From Phyllosticta citribraziliensis (taxonomy: Eukaryota): a DNA stretch of 64,000 bases. The stretch spans positions 558,001 through 622,000 of the forward strand of contig NW_027117351.1 of the NCBI RefSeq assembly GCF_038025025.1, read 5' to 3'. Position 1 is the first letter of the stretch, and each line of letters opens with the position of its first letter. Of the stretch, positions 1 through 12,620 are shown piece after piece. The translations under genes and the position numbers were made by a program. Under the pieces are notes generated by a model. It searched no databases. It was not told the origin of the DNA and worked only from the letters and a program-made list of their open reading frames with translations.

Positions 1-3000
1 GACTGCCTTGCGCGAGTCGCGCCCAAAGACGGCAGGGTGGTTCATCCACTCGAGCGCAGCCTCGAGCTCGGCGTCGAGCGCCGACATGGTGTTGGGGTCG
101 ATGCCGGCGGCAGGGTGGAAGTTGCTGTCCACGTGAGGAGAAGGCAAAAGGGAGGGGGTGTGTGGCCTGTTTTGCACGTCCGAGGGAGTAGGCGAGGGCT
201 GCGCTGGGGTGTCGGAGCTAGGGTTGCCGGGTGTGGGAGGCAGGCCGGATGGTGGCGGACCAGGCGGTGGCGGCAGTGGCGGGAGTCCACCCTTTGCCAG
301 ACCCTTCAAGATACTCCTCGTCTCGCTGAGCAGGTGGTGGGCGCGCTCGTGCTGACCGCGGGACACTAGAGTAAGCGCTCGCGTGAGCATGTCTGACGTC
401 AAAAGCTCCATCCGCCTCTGGACGACAGAGGGATGCGGCGGGATCGGAGGTGTCGCAGGCCTGTTTTTGGAATGTCTCCGAGAAGCGGGAAGAACCGTGA
501 TAGCCAGAAGAGATGGCCTTGGAAGGTGAGAAAGGGTGCCATCTCGCATAATGTCGCCAAAGGTTAGATCCGCTTGAATCAGAGGCACTTCTTCCACACT
601 TAGGCTGCGCTGGTCATCCTGGTCAAGCGGGCCTCCGAGTGCCTCGAGTCCAGAAACAATAGTTTCCCAAGGATCCTGAGGGACGTGCTCCGGCGTGCTG
701 TTGTCGGGCGTTATGGCCAACTGGACGAGAATGTCTGACCAACGTTAGCTGCGAGTTGTGCATGCGCTCAGCCCAACGGCCAACTTACCCCTCTTGTCGC
801 CAAAGCGCAGGTCGCCAAGGGCTGCTTCCGCATCTTTGCCAGTTGCTCGCTTGGTTATCTGCAGAGCCCCGCTGATTTTTACAAACTTGGCCGGGGATCC
901 TTCGGGTAGCCGCAACTTGAGCTTGACGTTTTGGTGGGAAACGGTCTGCAGCGAGCCGAGGGTTCCGGCGACGCATTCGCGCAGCATCATCCAATCCTTG
1001 ACGTACGTGTAGGACGCTTTGGTGCGGGTGGATAATTCAATCATCGTGTCGGGCTTGTGGGTCAACCCCAGCCCAAAAGAGTGGATGGTGACCCTGGAGA
1101 ATGTCAGCGCGCTATTCCTTTCGAGGCAAGTCGGAACCAGGGGTGACCTACTTGGCGGCTTCTGCTCTAGACACGACAAAGTCGACGCTCTCGCCATCCG
1201 ACGTCGAAGAGTCGCTAATCAGCAGGATGCTGGCGACGGGATTCGACGATCTCCGCTGCATGAGTAGGTCCATGGCCACGTTGGCGCCTTCGACCACGTC
1301 GGCGCGCAAACTCTTTTGACCAACCGGCCTTACGGAATCCAGCACTTTGGACCATCCGCTCCATTTCTTCGTTGTCATGCCCACCATTGGCACCCCTCCA
1401 CCACTGGACCCAAACGAGACGAGGCCCATGCGATCTCTGTCGCCGAGATTGGATACTAGAAATCTGAGCGCATCCCGCAGCAGCGAGATCTTGAGGCCCT
1501 GCATGGACGACGAGACTGGAATGACGACGACAATGTCGATCGGGACATGGGGCGATGCGGGTACTGCGCCTTCTTGGAAGCCTGCACGCGAGCTCGTGTA
1601 TTCCGTAGGTGCGGTAATTGTCGAACGGGCTCCAGCATACGAGTTGACAGATGACACCCTCCTCTTGGTCGACCGGTAGTCTTCATCGTCAGTGCCCGAA
1701 TTTTCTTGATCCGCGTCTTGAATGCGCACTTGCGGTTCGCTGTGAATTTCGATCAAGGCGCGCTTCCACAGCTCGAGTTTCTTGGGATCCTTGAAGTGCA
1801 GGTGGAATGCGGGGAGTTCGGCAACGGACAGGGACAAGGTCAAGATGCCGTCTTCAGGGAAAGATTCCACGTGGTTCAAGTGCTTCTTGATGAGAATGGA
1901 GCCCTTTAATGTGCATTTTGCGCGCTTGCTGTTGGAAGGGTCGTGTCCATTATACGAGTGGTGCTTCTTCTCCTTGACGCAAATGAGCATGTCAGAGAAG
2001 AGGTAGCACTCCAAGTCTTGCCAAGCTTTGCGGTCTTTGCCCACGCGAATGTGGCCATGCAGACGGAGCTTCCCGAACCTATGCTAGTGAGCATCATGCA
2101 TCTCATGAAGAGTAAATTTAACCATACCTGGAGAAATCCAGCCCATGCCAGTTGTCCACGCGCGCGTGCAGCTCTTCGGTGGCATCTTCGAGCAGATCGG
2201 GATTTTGGTAAATCGGCTCGCGCGAGATGGTGGGAGTCTTGCTGGCGCGTCCATAATCGGGAGCCCGCGGAGAAGGCGTTGGCGGGACGTTTGGAAATTC
2301 TTCCGGGTCAGCCCTCCACTTGCCGCCCGGCACCTCGACAGTTACTAAACATGTCAAGCTCTGCTGCTGGCGAGAGCGATTGACGGTTGGAAATTCGCTG
2401 CGCACAGTGACGGTCGGCGGAGGAATCGGATTCTTGATGCCCGAACGCGGGCTGAGGGTGCTCTCCATGGAATGTACATCGTAGTCGTGTCGCCGTCCTG
2501 CCGGGTCGTAGGACTGTTCCGCCGATGAAGCCACACCGGTTGTGCCACTGTCGCTCCTTGCGTGCGCACGCGAGCGCGACCTCATCGGTTCTCGCACATC
2601 TCGGCTATAAGAGCTGTGGTGTCTCCCCACCGTGTCGGCGGTTTGGGCAGTCTGGGCGGTGTGGGCTGTCGCAACGGTTGCGGCGGATGGACGGCGGTCC
2701 CCAAAAGCGGGTGGTAATGTTTGAGCGTCCCATGGCGAGGGAGTGATGGAGTTGCTGCGAAGGCTCTGGTTGTCCTGTTGGGCGGTACGGACTATGGAGC
2801 TCAGCTTCTCTGCAAGGTTGTCAGCCACAAACAGGTCCAAACAATGACGCAGCAGGTCGTACCCAAATCCAGCACGTTCCCACCGCGACTCGTGTCCAGC
2901 GCCAGCGGCGCATTGCAAGTCGGGCAATATTGCGAGTCGAACTCGCGGATGTATTCCCAAAAGCAAGCCTCGTGCGAGACGTGTCCGCAAGACAGCTGCA

Positions 3001-3313
3001 AAATGCGTTCGCCGCGGAGAGTGTGCTCGAGGGGTTCTTCGCATACGGCGCATTCGGTGCCGACAAAAGTTCGATCACGACGGGTGCGATTGCGGTCCAT
3101 TTCGAAGACGCCGGCCATGTTTCTCGAGGAGCGCGCGGGCGGGAGGTCCTGCAGGTACACAGGACCGGCCGTGCTTACGGGCGTGGAGAGGGAGCGGACC
3201 GAGGCAGAGGAGGGCGTGGGAGCAAAGTCGTCGATTGATGGGCGAGAGGAGCGGCTTTGACGGCGCGAACGGGGGCGCGAGGAGGCTATGCGAGACCACA
3301 GGTGGTGAGCCAT
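1..3313 (-). CDS. RING-PH-von Willebrand A domain protein (Far1/Ste5-like architecture); 3' end runs off the window start
   Basis: Exons approx. 3313-2863, 2809-2128, 2078-1152, 1093-789 and 735-<1, joined by GT..AG introns. RING-like CAVCEE..LSCGHVSHEAC..CPTC, PH-like WQDLECYLFSDMLICVKEK..LELWKRAL and vWA DIVVVIPVSSSMQGLK..ILLISDS. Alternative ATG at 3118. Confidence 0.88.
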
Positions 3314-6300
3314 GGCCTGGTGGATTGTCGTGGTGGCGGCGGTACGGGTGGTGGTGGTGGTGTTGTGGGGGAAATGTCGGGGGAGGTGGAAGGGGGAGGG
3401 GAATATACTTTTGAGGCCGAGAGCAGAGATGACCGTGGTGAGGGTGAGCAGCGAGCGTCTGTCGAATGGGTGGGTATGGTTTTTTCGTTTTTCCCTCTGG
3501 CTGCAGATGGATTGGCTTTTTGGGATTCCTTGACGGGAGGCCCAGGTCATGCAGGAAGGGTGGTGGAAGGCCTGTGACACGGCGGGACGTAAATAATGGC
3601 AGTGGTTTTGAGCAACGGACATGGACCTTTCAGTAATGAATGCGACGCACTGGGATCCGGCTTGTTCGCTTCGTCAGTGTGCCGTTTCAGCGCTGAGGTG
3701 GGCTCTGCGCCGGGGAGGGCGACGGGCACGACCAGGGACGGGGACGGGGACAGGGACAGGGAGCCAGCGCAGATGCGGACAGCGACGGCCATTAAGCTCG
3801 TCACGAAACCGTTTCACCAGCCAGAGGACACAGGCCAAGGACCGTGGCATGGCATTTGCCACGGCCCGCGACGAGACGAGACGAGAACAGAAACATTCCC
3901 ATTGATCAATGAGGTTGTGTGTACTCCAGCAGTACGGTAGCGCAGCATAGGGGTCGCGATTGGCAGCCAGCAGGCCCGGGAGCCGACAGCCAGGGCAGGC
4001 CAGGGCAGGCTAGGGCATCGCCAGGGCGAACACGTCCAGGGCCAGGACCAGGGCCTGCCAGCTCAGGGCACTGCAGTTCTCCGCTGTGGCTGTGGCTCCT
4101 CCGGGCCCTCTCGCTCTTCGCCCACCGCCCACCGCCCACCGAGCAACCTGACCTCACCACAACACCACACCCGACCACACCACACCGCTAGCTTAGCCGT
4201 CGTCATCACCACCTTGCCTGTGCTGCGCTACACCCGTTTCCGCCTGGCACTTCGCCTGGTCCGCCTGGAGATCCACCAACCCCGTCTCAACCTTCCCATC
4301 CTTCTCGCGACCTTTCCGCCTTTCCGCCTTTCCGCCCTACCAGCCACGCTTCCGCTTCTTTTTCCGTCCATGAGCTTAACAGCTTTGCCCCAGACATGGT
4401 TTGCCGCTCCAGAAACCTGCTGCCCATACCTTGTGTTTGTTTCCTCGCTCCTCAGCTGTCTACTACACATGTCCCTCTGCGACACCATATGCCTGGACTT
4501 CGTCCCATTGACGCACCACGGCTGACGCTTTCCGCTTCTCTACTTCCCGCTGACCCAGATCTACACTCCCGCCGCCTCTTCTTCCAAAACACTCCGGTCC
4601 GCCCATTCGGTTTCTCGTTTTGCCTGTGGTAGAGTCCAATGCTCCCGTACCCCTCGTGTCATGGCGACGGCCTGTTTAGCCGCCAAGACAACTCTGTGCA
4701 GCCAATGTTTGGCATGTTCAAGACCACACGGCCTCTTGCACACTCGCGACTTGTCCAGGAAACGCCAACATGCACCATGCGTCTAAATCGAGACCCTGTC
4801 ATCTCACTACGGACAACACCAAAAGTCCGAACAGGGAAAGCAATCGTCGCCCCGCAGCCTAGCTAGGCATCCCTTGAATTCGACGTGTCCCAAAAGGGAT
4901 TTATACTCAGCCAGCAGCAGCACAATGGTTATGTTAAACACGTGCCAAGGTGTACCTGGGAGCATAAGCGCGCCAAACCAAGGTCTCGCACACTTAGCAG
5001 GCAACACTTTATTGCTTTCCACACAAAATGACAACGCCTGACGTTGTGGATGATCCAGGACATGTCATGCATCACCTCAGAGGTTTCCACGGAGCAGTCC
5101 TTATCACCACAAATGCTCCCACGTCGCTACCACATCTCTTGACACCCGTTGTGCCATCCCCGCAATTAAAGGTACCCCTCGCCGAACTTAGCAGTTTCCT
5201 AAAACCACACCATTGCCATATTTCGCCAAATACTTGTCCTGTCTCGGCACTCTCGCCTGTCTTGGAACGACAACTCGCTCATTTCAAGTCCGCCAAACTC
5301 GGTCAAAAGCTCAGTCCAGAGCTGCAGTCTCACGGGCAGCTGCGATTGCGTTTGAATGCTGCGTACTATCTTACTACGGCAATGACTGTTGATAGACTGT
5401 CCATGTCCATGTTCATCGTCGTCGCTGTCGCGACAATTACCAGTTGTTTTGCCGAACTTTTTTGGGCCTTAGGCGCTGGACTACGCCCACTTCACCCCAT
5501 ATCTTCAACACTCAGGTGGAAATGAACGCCGACTTCAAGACACGACAGCGACCTGTACTGCAGCACTAGCACAAGGTTGATCTATGCATGTACAACCATT
5601 GACGTGCGCGACGTCTCGCACAGGCGTGTAGGGCTGAGCAATAAAAGCAGGGCTGTCTAGCAATGCTCATTTCTGCGGGCTTCCAGGCCATGCTTGATCA
5701 TCTGAAACTTATCCTGGGACTTATGAGCATATCGCCAACTTACGACGAGGATGACGTGGGAAGCACAAAGACATGCAAGCAATTCCACGCTCTTGGTCCA
5801 ATAGTGTCGCCGGTACAGAACTGGGAATAGTCCTCCTTTTCGCCAGTCGCGTCAGGAACGACTCCGCTATTTCTTTCTCCTGTTTTTACGCCACAGTCGA
5901 TGAGAAAATGGATCGCCGCAGAAATTCCACTTTTGAGGTTTGGCACGCCGAATAGCCGTCTCTGGAAGCGCCAAATGCTTTCAAGGTCCGGAGATTTCAA
6001 AGCCCGCTGATCATTGGCACGTCCACGGTGGGGATGCAGACAGCGCGATGCCTTTCGCCGGATATAACGGGGCATGTTGCACTTCTACTTCCGGTTCCCA
6101 GAATGTGGTAGGATACACGGATACAGACACAGCACGCGCAAGGAACCGAGACAGCCGTTGCCACGCTCAAACCTGTTGTCTCTGGTTCAACAAATCTCAA
6201 CAGAGCTTGGGACAAGAATTTCCATGCCCTGATCTGCCCTTGTTGACCATACCACAGCCCTCCACTTTCAACGATGCACTCTGCCCGCGCATCCGTTTTG

Positions 6301-6883
6301 ACGATCTCGCTCCCATCATTCTGACCATCGCTCCATCACCATTCGTAGCGTTTCAACTCGGCTCCCACACCTGCTCTTCATGACGAACCGTCCGTGGATC
6401 CCGCCGATCAGGGACCTACGGGCGGTGAGCTGCAACAGGCAAGTCGTCGTAGCGGTGGAGATTACACCACCTTCTGCAATGAGCATACACCAGTTTGGAT
6501 CAGCGCTTTTGAGATTTTATTCTTGGATCAGATCTGCCCGCCCTAGGACCACGCTTACGCTAGAGTCTACGTGTGCAGCCTACGCGCTTCCCATCTCCAC
6601 TTTCCGATTTACGAGTACGCAGAAGGGGAACGGCATAGCGTGGTGGTCGACGATAGGTACGAACAGGAGGCTGCTCACAGAAAGGAGGCCCGAGCATCCC
6701 CCGGCTATGCCATTGTTCTACCGCGTTCAGGGCAAGTCGAGCTCAGGCAACAATCGCAGCCGTAAGGCAGAACAACGTGATCGGGATAAACGGAAGCTCC
6801 GAAGGCCCGACGACAGAGAGGAGGCTGACCTGGACCGTCAGCCTGGCTCTCCACCACAAAATGTCCCATCAAACCCCGCCAGA

Positions 6884-9766
6884 ATGGACTCGTCGGCGCA
6901 TCGAGAGTCCCCAGGCAGCGCGGGCGGAAGTACTGCTTCGCCCGCCGATACCATAGCGCATAATCATGCCGCAGGTGCCTTGGTGCGCGCATGCCGGAAT
7001 TGCGCCGTGGCCAAGACAAAATGCGTGGCTAGGGGCGCGGACTCGGGCGGTGATTGTGAACGGTACGCTCCATATTCCTTGCTCCCGTTCGCATTGAGCA
7101 CCTGTGCTCCTCGTGGGAGTGGACTGGGCGTCGGATGTCGCTAATCTTGCACGTTTGGTTTGCTCGGGCACAGATGTCACCGCTTGAAGAAAGCTTGTTC
7201 TCGGGATACGGCAAAGGTGAAGAAGAGAAAGCCTCCGACGGCAAAGTATGTTTTTTTGTTTGACTTTGTCCTCTTTTGGTCCGTTGTCACTTATCTCGCG
7301 CGGCTGCAAAAGTCGATGCGATTCACGCGTCTCTTAAAACTTCGAACAATGCTTGGTTATTTCATGTCGTGACAAAGTCACATGACTTGGACACTTCACC
7401 AAAGAGTCGACATCTTTTGATTCAATTTCTTCAGTGAAGATCAAAGATTGGATCGGGACTCATGCTATCTCAGAAATGCGCGACTCGAACAAAAGTTGGA
7501 TCAGTTGGTCACACTGCTTGCCAATGGCCACCACCGCCAATCTTCATCGTCCGCCACACCAGAGGCGCAACACATTATACAAAGTATTCGACCGACCCCG
7601 AATACTCCTTCAAGCGACCATGACGTTCGAATACCGCCCGAAAATCGGGAACCAGTCCCACCCTCTCAACCACCTTCGACACCTTTTGAACCAATAGATC
7701 TTGACCCAGAAGATAGAGATGTAGCCACCCGTCTGCATCACTACCAGACCCACCTAGCACCACAGTTTCCATTCGTTGTCATTCCTTCAGGTATAACAGT
7801 GGCTCAAATGCGGCAAGAAAAGCCATTTCTGCTCCGGGTCATTGTAACTGTGGCGTCTATCCAAGATCTCGTTCGCCGAAAAGCGCTAGGGGAAGAAGTC
7901 TTGAAGGACATTGCCCATCGACTTTTGTTCCAAGGGGAAAAGACTCTCGATCTACTGCAGGGAATACTGGTTTTTGCAGCATGGTGAGCGACATTCCGAC
8001 AGGGACCGGTTTTGACGTCGTGCCAACCGTCAACGTTGTAGCACAATTGACCGCTAGCCGCCAAGTGGCTGCACCTGTCTATATCTAGAGAAAGCTAACA
8101 GCTTCAATGCAGGTACCACCACCATCTGTTCACCAAGCCTCAGATGACCAATCTGCTGCAGCTCGCCGTCGGTCTGGTGATTGATCTGGGACTCAAAAGG
8201 TCGGCGCGTGCATACGGAAACGACCGTCTTGAGTTGTCCATTGCCCGATCTGCTCATGGAGAAGAGTCCAATTCGGAAATCTCCACATCTGAACAGAGAC
8301 GGGCACTCCTTGGCTGCTTCTACCTGACCACCATGTGCGTAATTCCTGACAAATCTCGCTGCCCCTGGATTGCCCGCTGATGCAAGATCTTAGACTGACC
8401 CAATGGGCCAAACGCTACGATTCGTTGCGTTACAGCGCCCAGCTCGACCAATGCTGTCGTCAAATCGAAGAAGCACAAGAGTACTCGTCGGATCGATTTC
8501 TCGTCCAACTTGTGCGTTTGCAAAGGATAGTGCAGCGGATCGAGAGAAAAGTGCCCATTGATGACCTCACGCCCGAGACAACAATCCCAATCGCAATGTT
8601 TGTAAAATCACTGCATGGAGAGCTTCTCGAGTACAAGAAGTCCCTGCCGCCGGACATGGCCAAACATCGTACGTCGAACCCCCCGATTCCATGACACTTG
8701 TTGACGGTAAACAGCATCCATTCTCCTCCACTACGACAGCGCCGAAGTCTACCTCTACGAAATATCCCTCTCATCCCTCCCCTCCACGAGCCAGTATGGC
8801 GACTACACATACCGCCGCCTCGACCTGCTCAACGCCTGCATGCTCTCCGCCATCAAACTTCTCTCGCACTTTACATCGCAAATCCCTGCCGCCCTCTTCG
8901 CCCACATGCCCTTCCTGCACTTCACGCACTTCACGTCGACGGTCGTGGCCCTCTCCAAGCTGATGCGCCTCGACTGGCCCGGCTGGGACAAGGCGTACGC
9001 GCAGTCCACCATCTCGCTATCCGCGCGCATCGAGGAGGCGGCGCAGCGCTTCGACGCCGGGCGCGCTGCCGCCGCCGCTGCCGACGGCCCGCTCGCCGAC
9101 AACCCGTTGCTCACGGTGCTCGGCCGCAAGATGCGCTTCGTCGCGCTGTGGAATGAGTGCAAGATCAAGGGCATCGAGCACGTCATCCCGGCCCGCGGCA
9201 CCATTGTCGACGATATCAACGCGCAGGCTTGCGCCAATGCTGTGGCGGAGCTGGTGCGCAAGTTGGAGTCGCGGGTGGAGGGCGCGCAGACGTTTTTGGA
9301 GCAGCAGCAGCCCAGGCTGCAGACGCTCATGCAGGGCGTTGGTAGTGGTGGTGGTGGCGATGGCGAGATGCAGCAGCAGCAGCCGCCGCAACAGCAACAG
9401 CAACAGCATCTCACGCCTCTCCCCCTGACCCAACAGCACCAGCATCAGAACCAGCATCAGCACCAGCAAACCCAGCCCTCAAATCCGACACTACTAACCC
9501 AACACCAACAACCTCCTCCCACATCATCGTCCACCGCAGCCGACAATTGGGCCGTCCCGCAAACGCAACCGGCCGTCCCCGGCGCCTTCGACATCATCGA
9601 CCAGCTCGACCCGGCTTTCCTCGACTCGTTCGTCATGGGCGACATCGACCTGGGCGACTGCTGGGACGTGGGCATGCCGTCGACATATTGGACGCCCGCA
9701 CCGCCGCCGCCGCCGCCGCCGCAGTCGACGAACGCTGCCGCGGATCAACGGGAACGCGCTGCGTGA
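6884..9766 (+). CDS. Zn(II)2Cys6 fungal transcription factor with middle homology region and Gln-rich C-terminus
   Basis: ACRNCAVAKTKC..CER|CHRLKKAC binuclear cluster split by an intron, then coiled coil RLEQKLDQLVTLL and fungal TF domain segments (FPFVVIP, KTLDLLQGILVFAAW, EQRRALLGCFYLT). Several introns; polyQ near 9300-9470. Start uncertain because in-frame upstream ATGs exist (6380, 6479, 6707). Confidence 0.88.
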
Positions 9767-10040
9767 GTGGATGCCTCCGGTGGGCGTGCCGAGGCAGATG
9801 TAGAGGCAGTGGCAGAGGTGATGTGTCTGGTGGGTAGGTATATAGACTGGTATAGAGCGCTGAAAGAATGGATTCTGCCTGAGCTCGAACTCGAACTCGA
9901 ACTCGAACGCTGTGCCAAATGCATGCCGCGTAGATTGGATCGTGGCGTCGATTGGACCGTCCGAGAAGTCAGTCGCAGCGTCGAATGGCTCGGCTTCTCT
10001 CGCAGAATGACTTCCTGGATAAGGGGTGTGAGCTACGCAC

Positions 10041-10495
10041 CTGTCGCGCGCGCGCGCACGCTGGCCTTGAGGTCATGGCCATGGTGGCTGCGTGCTTGGT
10101 CGTCTGCGTCTGCGTTGGAAGGGCCAGAGCCACGAGGCTGGCTACAAGGTCCTGCGGCCACGCTGCTGTCGCGCGCGCATGCACGCTGGCATCGAAGTCA
10201 GGCTGTTTCTTGCGACAAAGGCTCGCGCGAGCCACGCGCCTGGCGGGCGTGTCACACACCCCCTGATAACGTTGCTTCCCCTGATACGCCGAAAGGGCGC
10301 GCCTGGTGCGCTGCCCCCTGACGCGTCGCCGCCCCGTTGCTCGCGTCGTGTGGTCTGTCTCTTGCGCACGACTGCACTCGTTCGACGGAGGTGGCCAACC
10401 GCGCGGTCACCTTGGTCGTTACCTTGAGACCAGCGTGCGCGCGCGACAGCTGCGTGGCCGCCCATGTGGCCGGTCCTGTGGCTCTGGCCTTGGGG
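10041..10495. repeat. GC-rich imperfect inverted (foldback) repeat
   Basis: 10041-10092 is the near reverse complement of 10399-10450, and 10118-10190 of 10430-10495. Shared core CTGTCGCGCGCGC(A)CGCTGG / CCAGCGTGCGCGCGCGACAG. Confidence 0.7.
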
Positions 10496-10562
10496 TTGAG
10501 TCGGCTTGCTTCCTGCGCTGAAGGGGGCGTATATGATGGTGCCTCTGGCTTCCTCTTCCCTC

Positions 10563-10643
10563 CTCACTTCTCCGCTTCACTTCTTCACTTCACTTCTTCA
10601 CTTCACTTCTTCACTTCACTTCTTCACTTCACTTCTTCACTTA
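10563..10643 (+). repeat. (CTTCA/CTT)n pyrimidine-rich microsatellite in the leader of the orphan ORF
   Basis: Repeated cttcacttcttcacttcacttctt immediately upstream of the ATG at 10670. Confidence 0.9.
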
Positions 10644-10669
10644 CATCTACCGACAAACCTTGATTCGAC

Positions 10670-11518
10670 ATGCCTTACTACATCTCCAACACTCTCCCTG
10701 GCTTCGACCCGAGCGAATGGGACATCCTCCCGCCCTCCTCCCTGGTCCGACAAAACGAGCTCCCTCCGGGCGTCGAAGCCCTTGCGTTCTCCGTCGCCGC
10801 ACAGGTCCCCGGCGGACGATACTACACCACGCAGCTGCTTGAGCAGTCGCCGAACTCATGTCGGGAAGCCGAAGAGAACCTACACCATTTGACGAGCCGT
10901 GAAGACCTCGAACTGGTGATCTGCAGCACGAATGCTTCCGGTGCCTGGTCATTCAAGAGATTCAAGAACGAGCTGGGACCGTGCCCTGTCCTGGTCATGC
11001 GCAATGGTGGCTGGCGCGCAATGATCAAGAAGATCATGAGGGTCGACGTTTACTTGGATCCGTTGCCGGGGTGGGGGATCGAGGCCGACCCGGGACAACG
11101 ACGCATCTTCCGCGAGCGCACGGCAAACATGACCATACCGGCCATTCCCGCACACGGTCGCCCTCGCTCGCAGTCCCTGTTGGTTCAGCAAGTCGCGCAA
11201 GACTACGCCGAACAAAGAGTTGATCCCCAGACGTACCAGATCTCCGACTACGACATCAACAAGCTGGTGCGGTACTGGAAGCGAGACGTTGATGCTGGGA
11301 AGTATCGACCGCTGCAGTCTTGGGTTTTCCACTGGCATGGGTTCTTGTCGACTTTGACGCCGAGCCAAAGATCGAGGCCTTTCGATGTTACGATTGAGGG
11401 GCTGGACAGGTTGCAGCTTTGGGGGAAGTGGGATGCGGAATTTTTCGATCGATCTGGGGGGTATCCGATGATTGCGGCTATGAACTTCCCGGGGAGCATT
11501 CACTTCGTGGAACAATGA
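10670..11518 (+). CDS. Intronless orphan hypothetical protein, 282 aa
   Basis: Long ATG-initiated ORF with globular-protein composition, TATA-like GTATATGA near 10529 and a CT-rich leader. No recognisable domain. Confidence 0.65.
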   Translation: MPYYISNTLPGFDPSEWDILPPSSLVRQNELPPGVEALAFSVAAQVPGGRYYTTQLLEQSPNSCREAEENLHHLTSREDLELVICSTNASGAWSFKRFKNELGPCPVLVMRNGGWRAMIKKIMRVDVYLDPLPGWGIEADPGQRRIFRERTANMTIPAIPAHGRPRSQSLLVQQVAQDYAEQRVDPQTYQISDYDINKLVRYWKRDVDAGKYRPLQSWVFHWHGFLSTLTPSQRSRPFDVTIEGLDRLQLWGKWDAEFFDRSGGYPMIAAMNFPGSIHFVEQ

Positions 11519-11814
11519 GGCTGGATAGAAAGGGGAGCGAAAGGGGAGTGGAAGGTGAATGGGATTGACAAGGGAGTTTGAGATTGGCTTGGTCTGCGAG
11601 TGGCTTGGTCTGACACAGTGGAATGGATTCTGAATTGATCATTGACGTGGTGTTGACGATGAAATCAACATGCTGGATCAGAACTCAACGCCTTGACTCA
11701 GAACACATGACGATGGTGAGAGACGATAAAATGGGTAAAACTTGTTTCTGACTCTACCCGAGCAGTACCGTCATTTTTGATTCAAAAGCTGCCATCCTTC
11801 GCAAAAGCTTGTGT

Positions 11815-11970
11815 TCCAGTCAAGTCACACTCGCGGTGCTCGCGCCTCAGGACTTTGACGCGGAGGCGGGCGAAGTTGTCCCCATTGATCTTCGCCGCTT
11901 CCTCCCGCTTCTCTTCCTCAACCTCGAGGTCGACTGGAGGATGTCTCAGGAAACTGAACCGGGTGAGTGA
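11815..11970 (-). pseudogene. Fragmentary third copy of the orphan family domain
   Basis: Translates as RFSFLRHPPVDLEVEEEKREEAAKINGDNFARLRVKVLRREHRE, matching RFGFLRDPP..TFASLRVEVLKREHE of the 15.1-15.9 kb gene. Confidence 0.6.
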
Positions 11971-11974
11971 AGAG

Positions 11975-12620
11975 GGAGCTCTAGTCTAAGAGGAGAAGCG
12001 AGTGGCACGGCTGACCATCCGTGGCGCGTCCCTGAGATCGAGTTGGCGGCTGCTTATAAGTACGGGAGCCTAGTGGACGGAGCGCGGCAGATGGGGAGCA
12101 GCCGCGGCGGCGGAGAAGATGGGGATCTGTTCTTGACAGGAGAACCCCAGGACTCTATTGCGCCTCAGGCGTGCCTTCTCGAGGACGCTCTTCTCCTGAG
12201 CCTTGCGAAAGGCATCGAGGCGGCCAGGCAAGGTCTTGTCGCGGTGCTTGCCCTCGAGGACCCGGACAAGCAGACGAGCGAAATTGCCTTCGTTGATGGG
12301 CTTCACCTCGTCGGCAGGAGCAGCAGGCCCGAGAAACCCGAACCGAACAAGCGAAGGGGGGCATGGGGCATGCCGAGCGACTGTAGGGGCAGGGGTCAGG
12401 GGAATGGGTGCCTGGGAGGAGGGCGAAGGAGAGCCAGGGCGACGGGGAACTGAAGTAACGGAGGCGGGACAAGCCCGGGAACGACTGGATGCGGTCGACC
12501 GCATGTAAGAGGGAATTGCAGGCTGAATGACGGAGCCGGCAGAGGGTCGCTGACCTTTCAAGGCGCGCAGGACGACCCGGTTGGGTAGAACAGCGAGTGA
12601 GACTGGAGGGCGTGGGTCGA
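11975..12620 (-). pseudogene. Degenerate paralog of the 15114-15889 orphan gene
   Basis: RPSAGSVIQPAIPSY..RFGFL..NFARLLVRVL..LPGRLDAF..APHLPRSVH*APVLISSRQLDLRDAPRMVSRATRFSS* aligns with the intact copy. TAG stops replace TGG and CAG. Confidence 0.7.

Noticed and set aside
3620..6380. Short ORFs between the RING-vWA gene and the Zn2Cys6 gene
   Set aside because: They show no recognisable domains or evident codon bias, which is compatible with a divergent promoter and UTR region.
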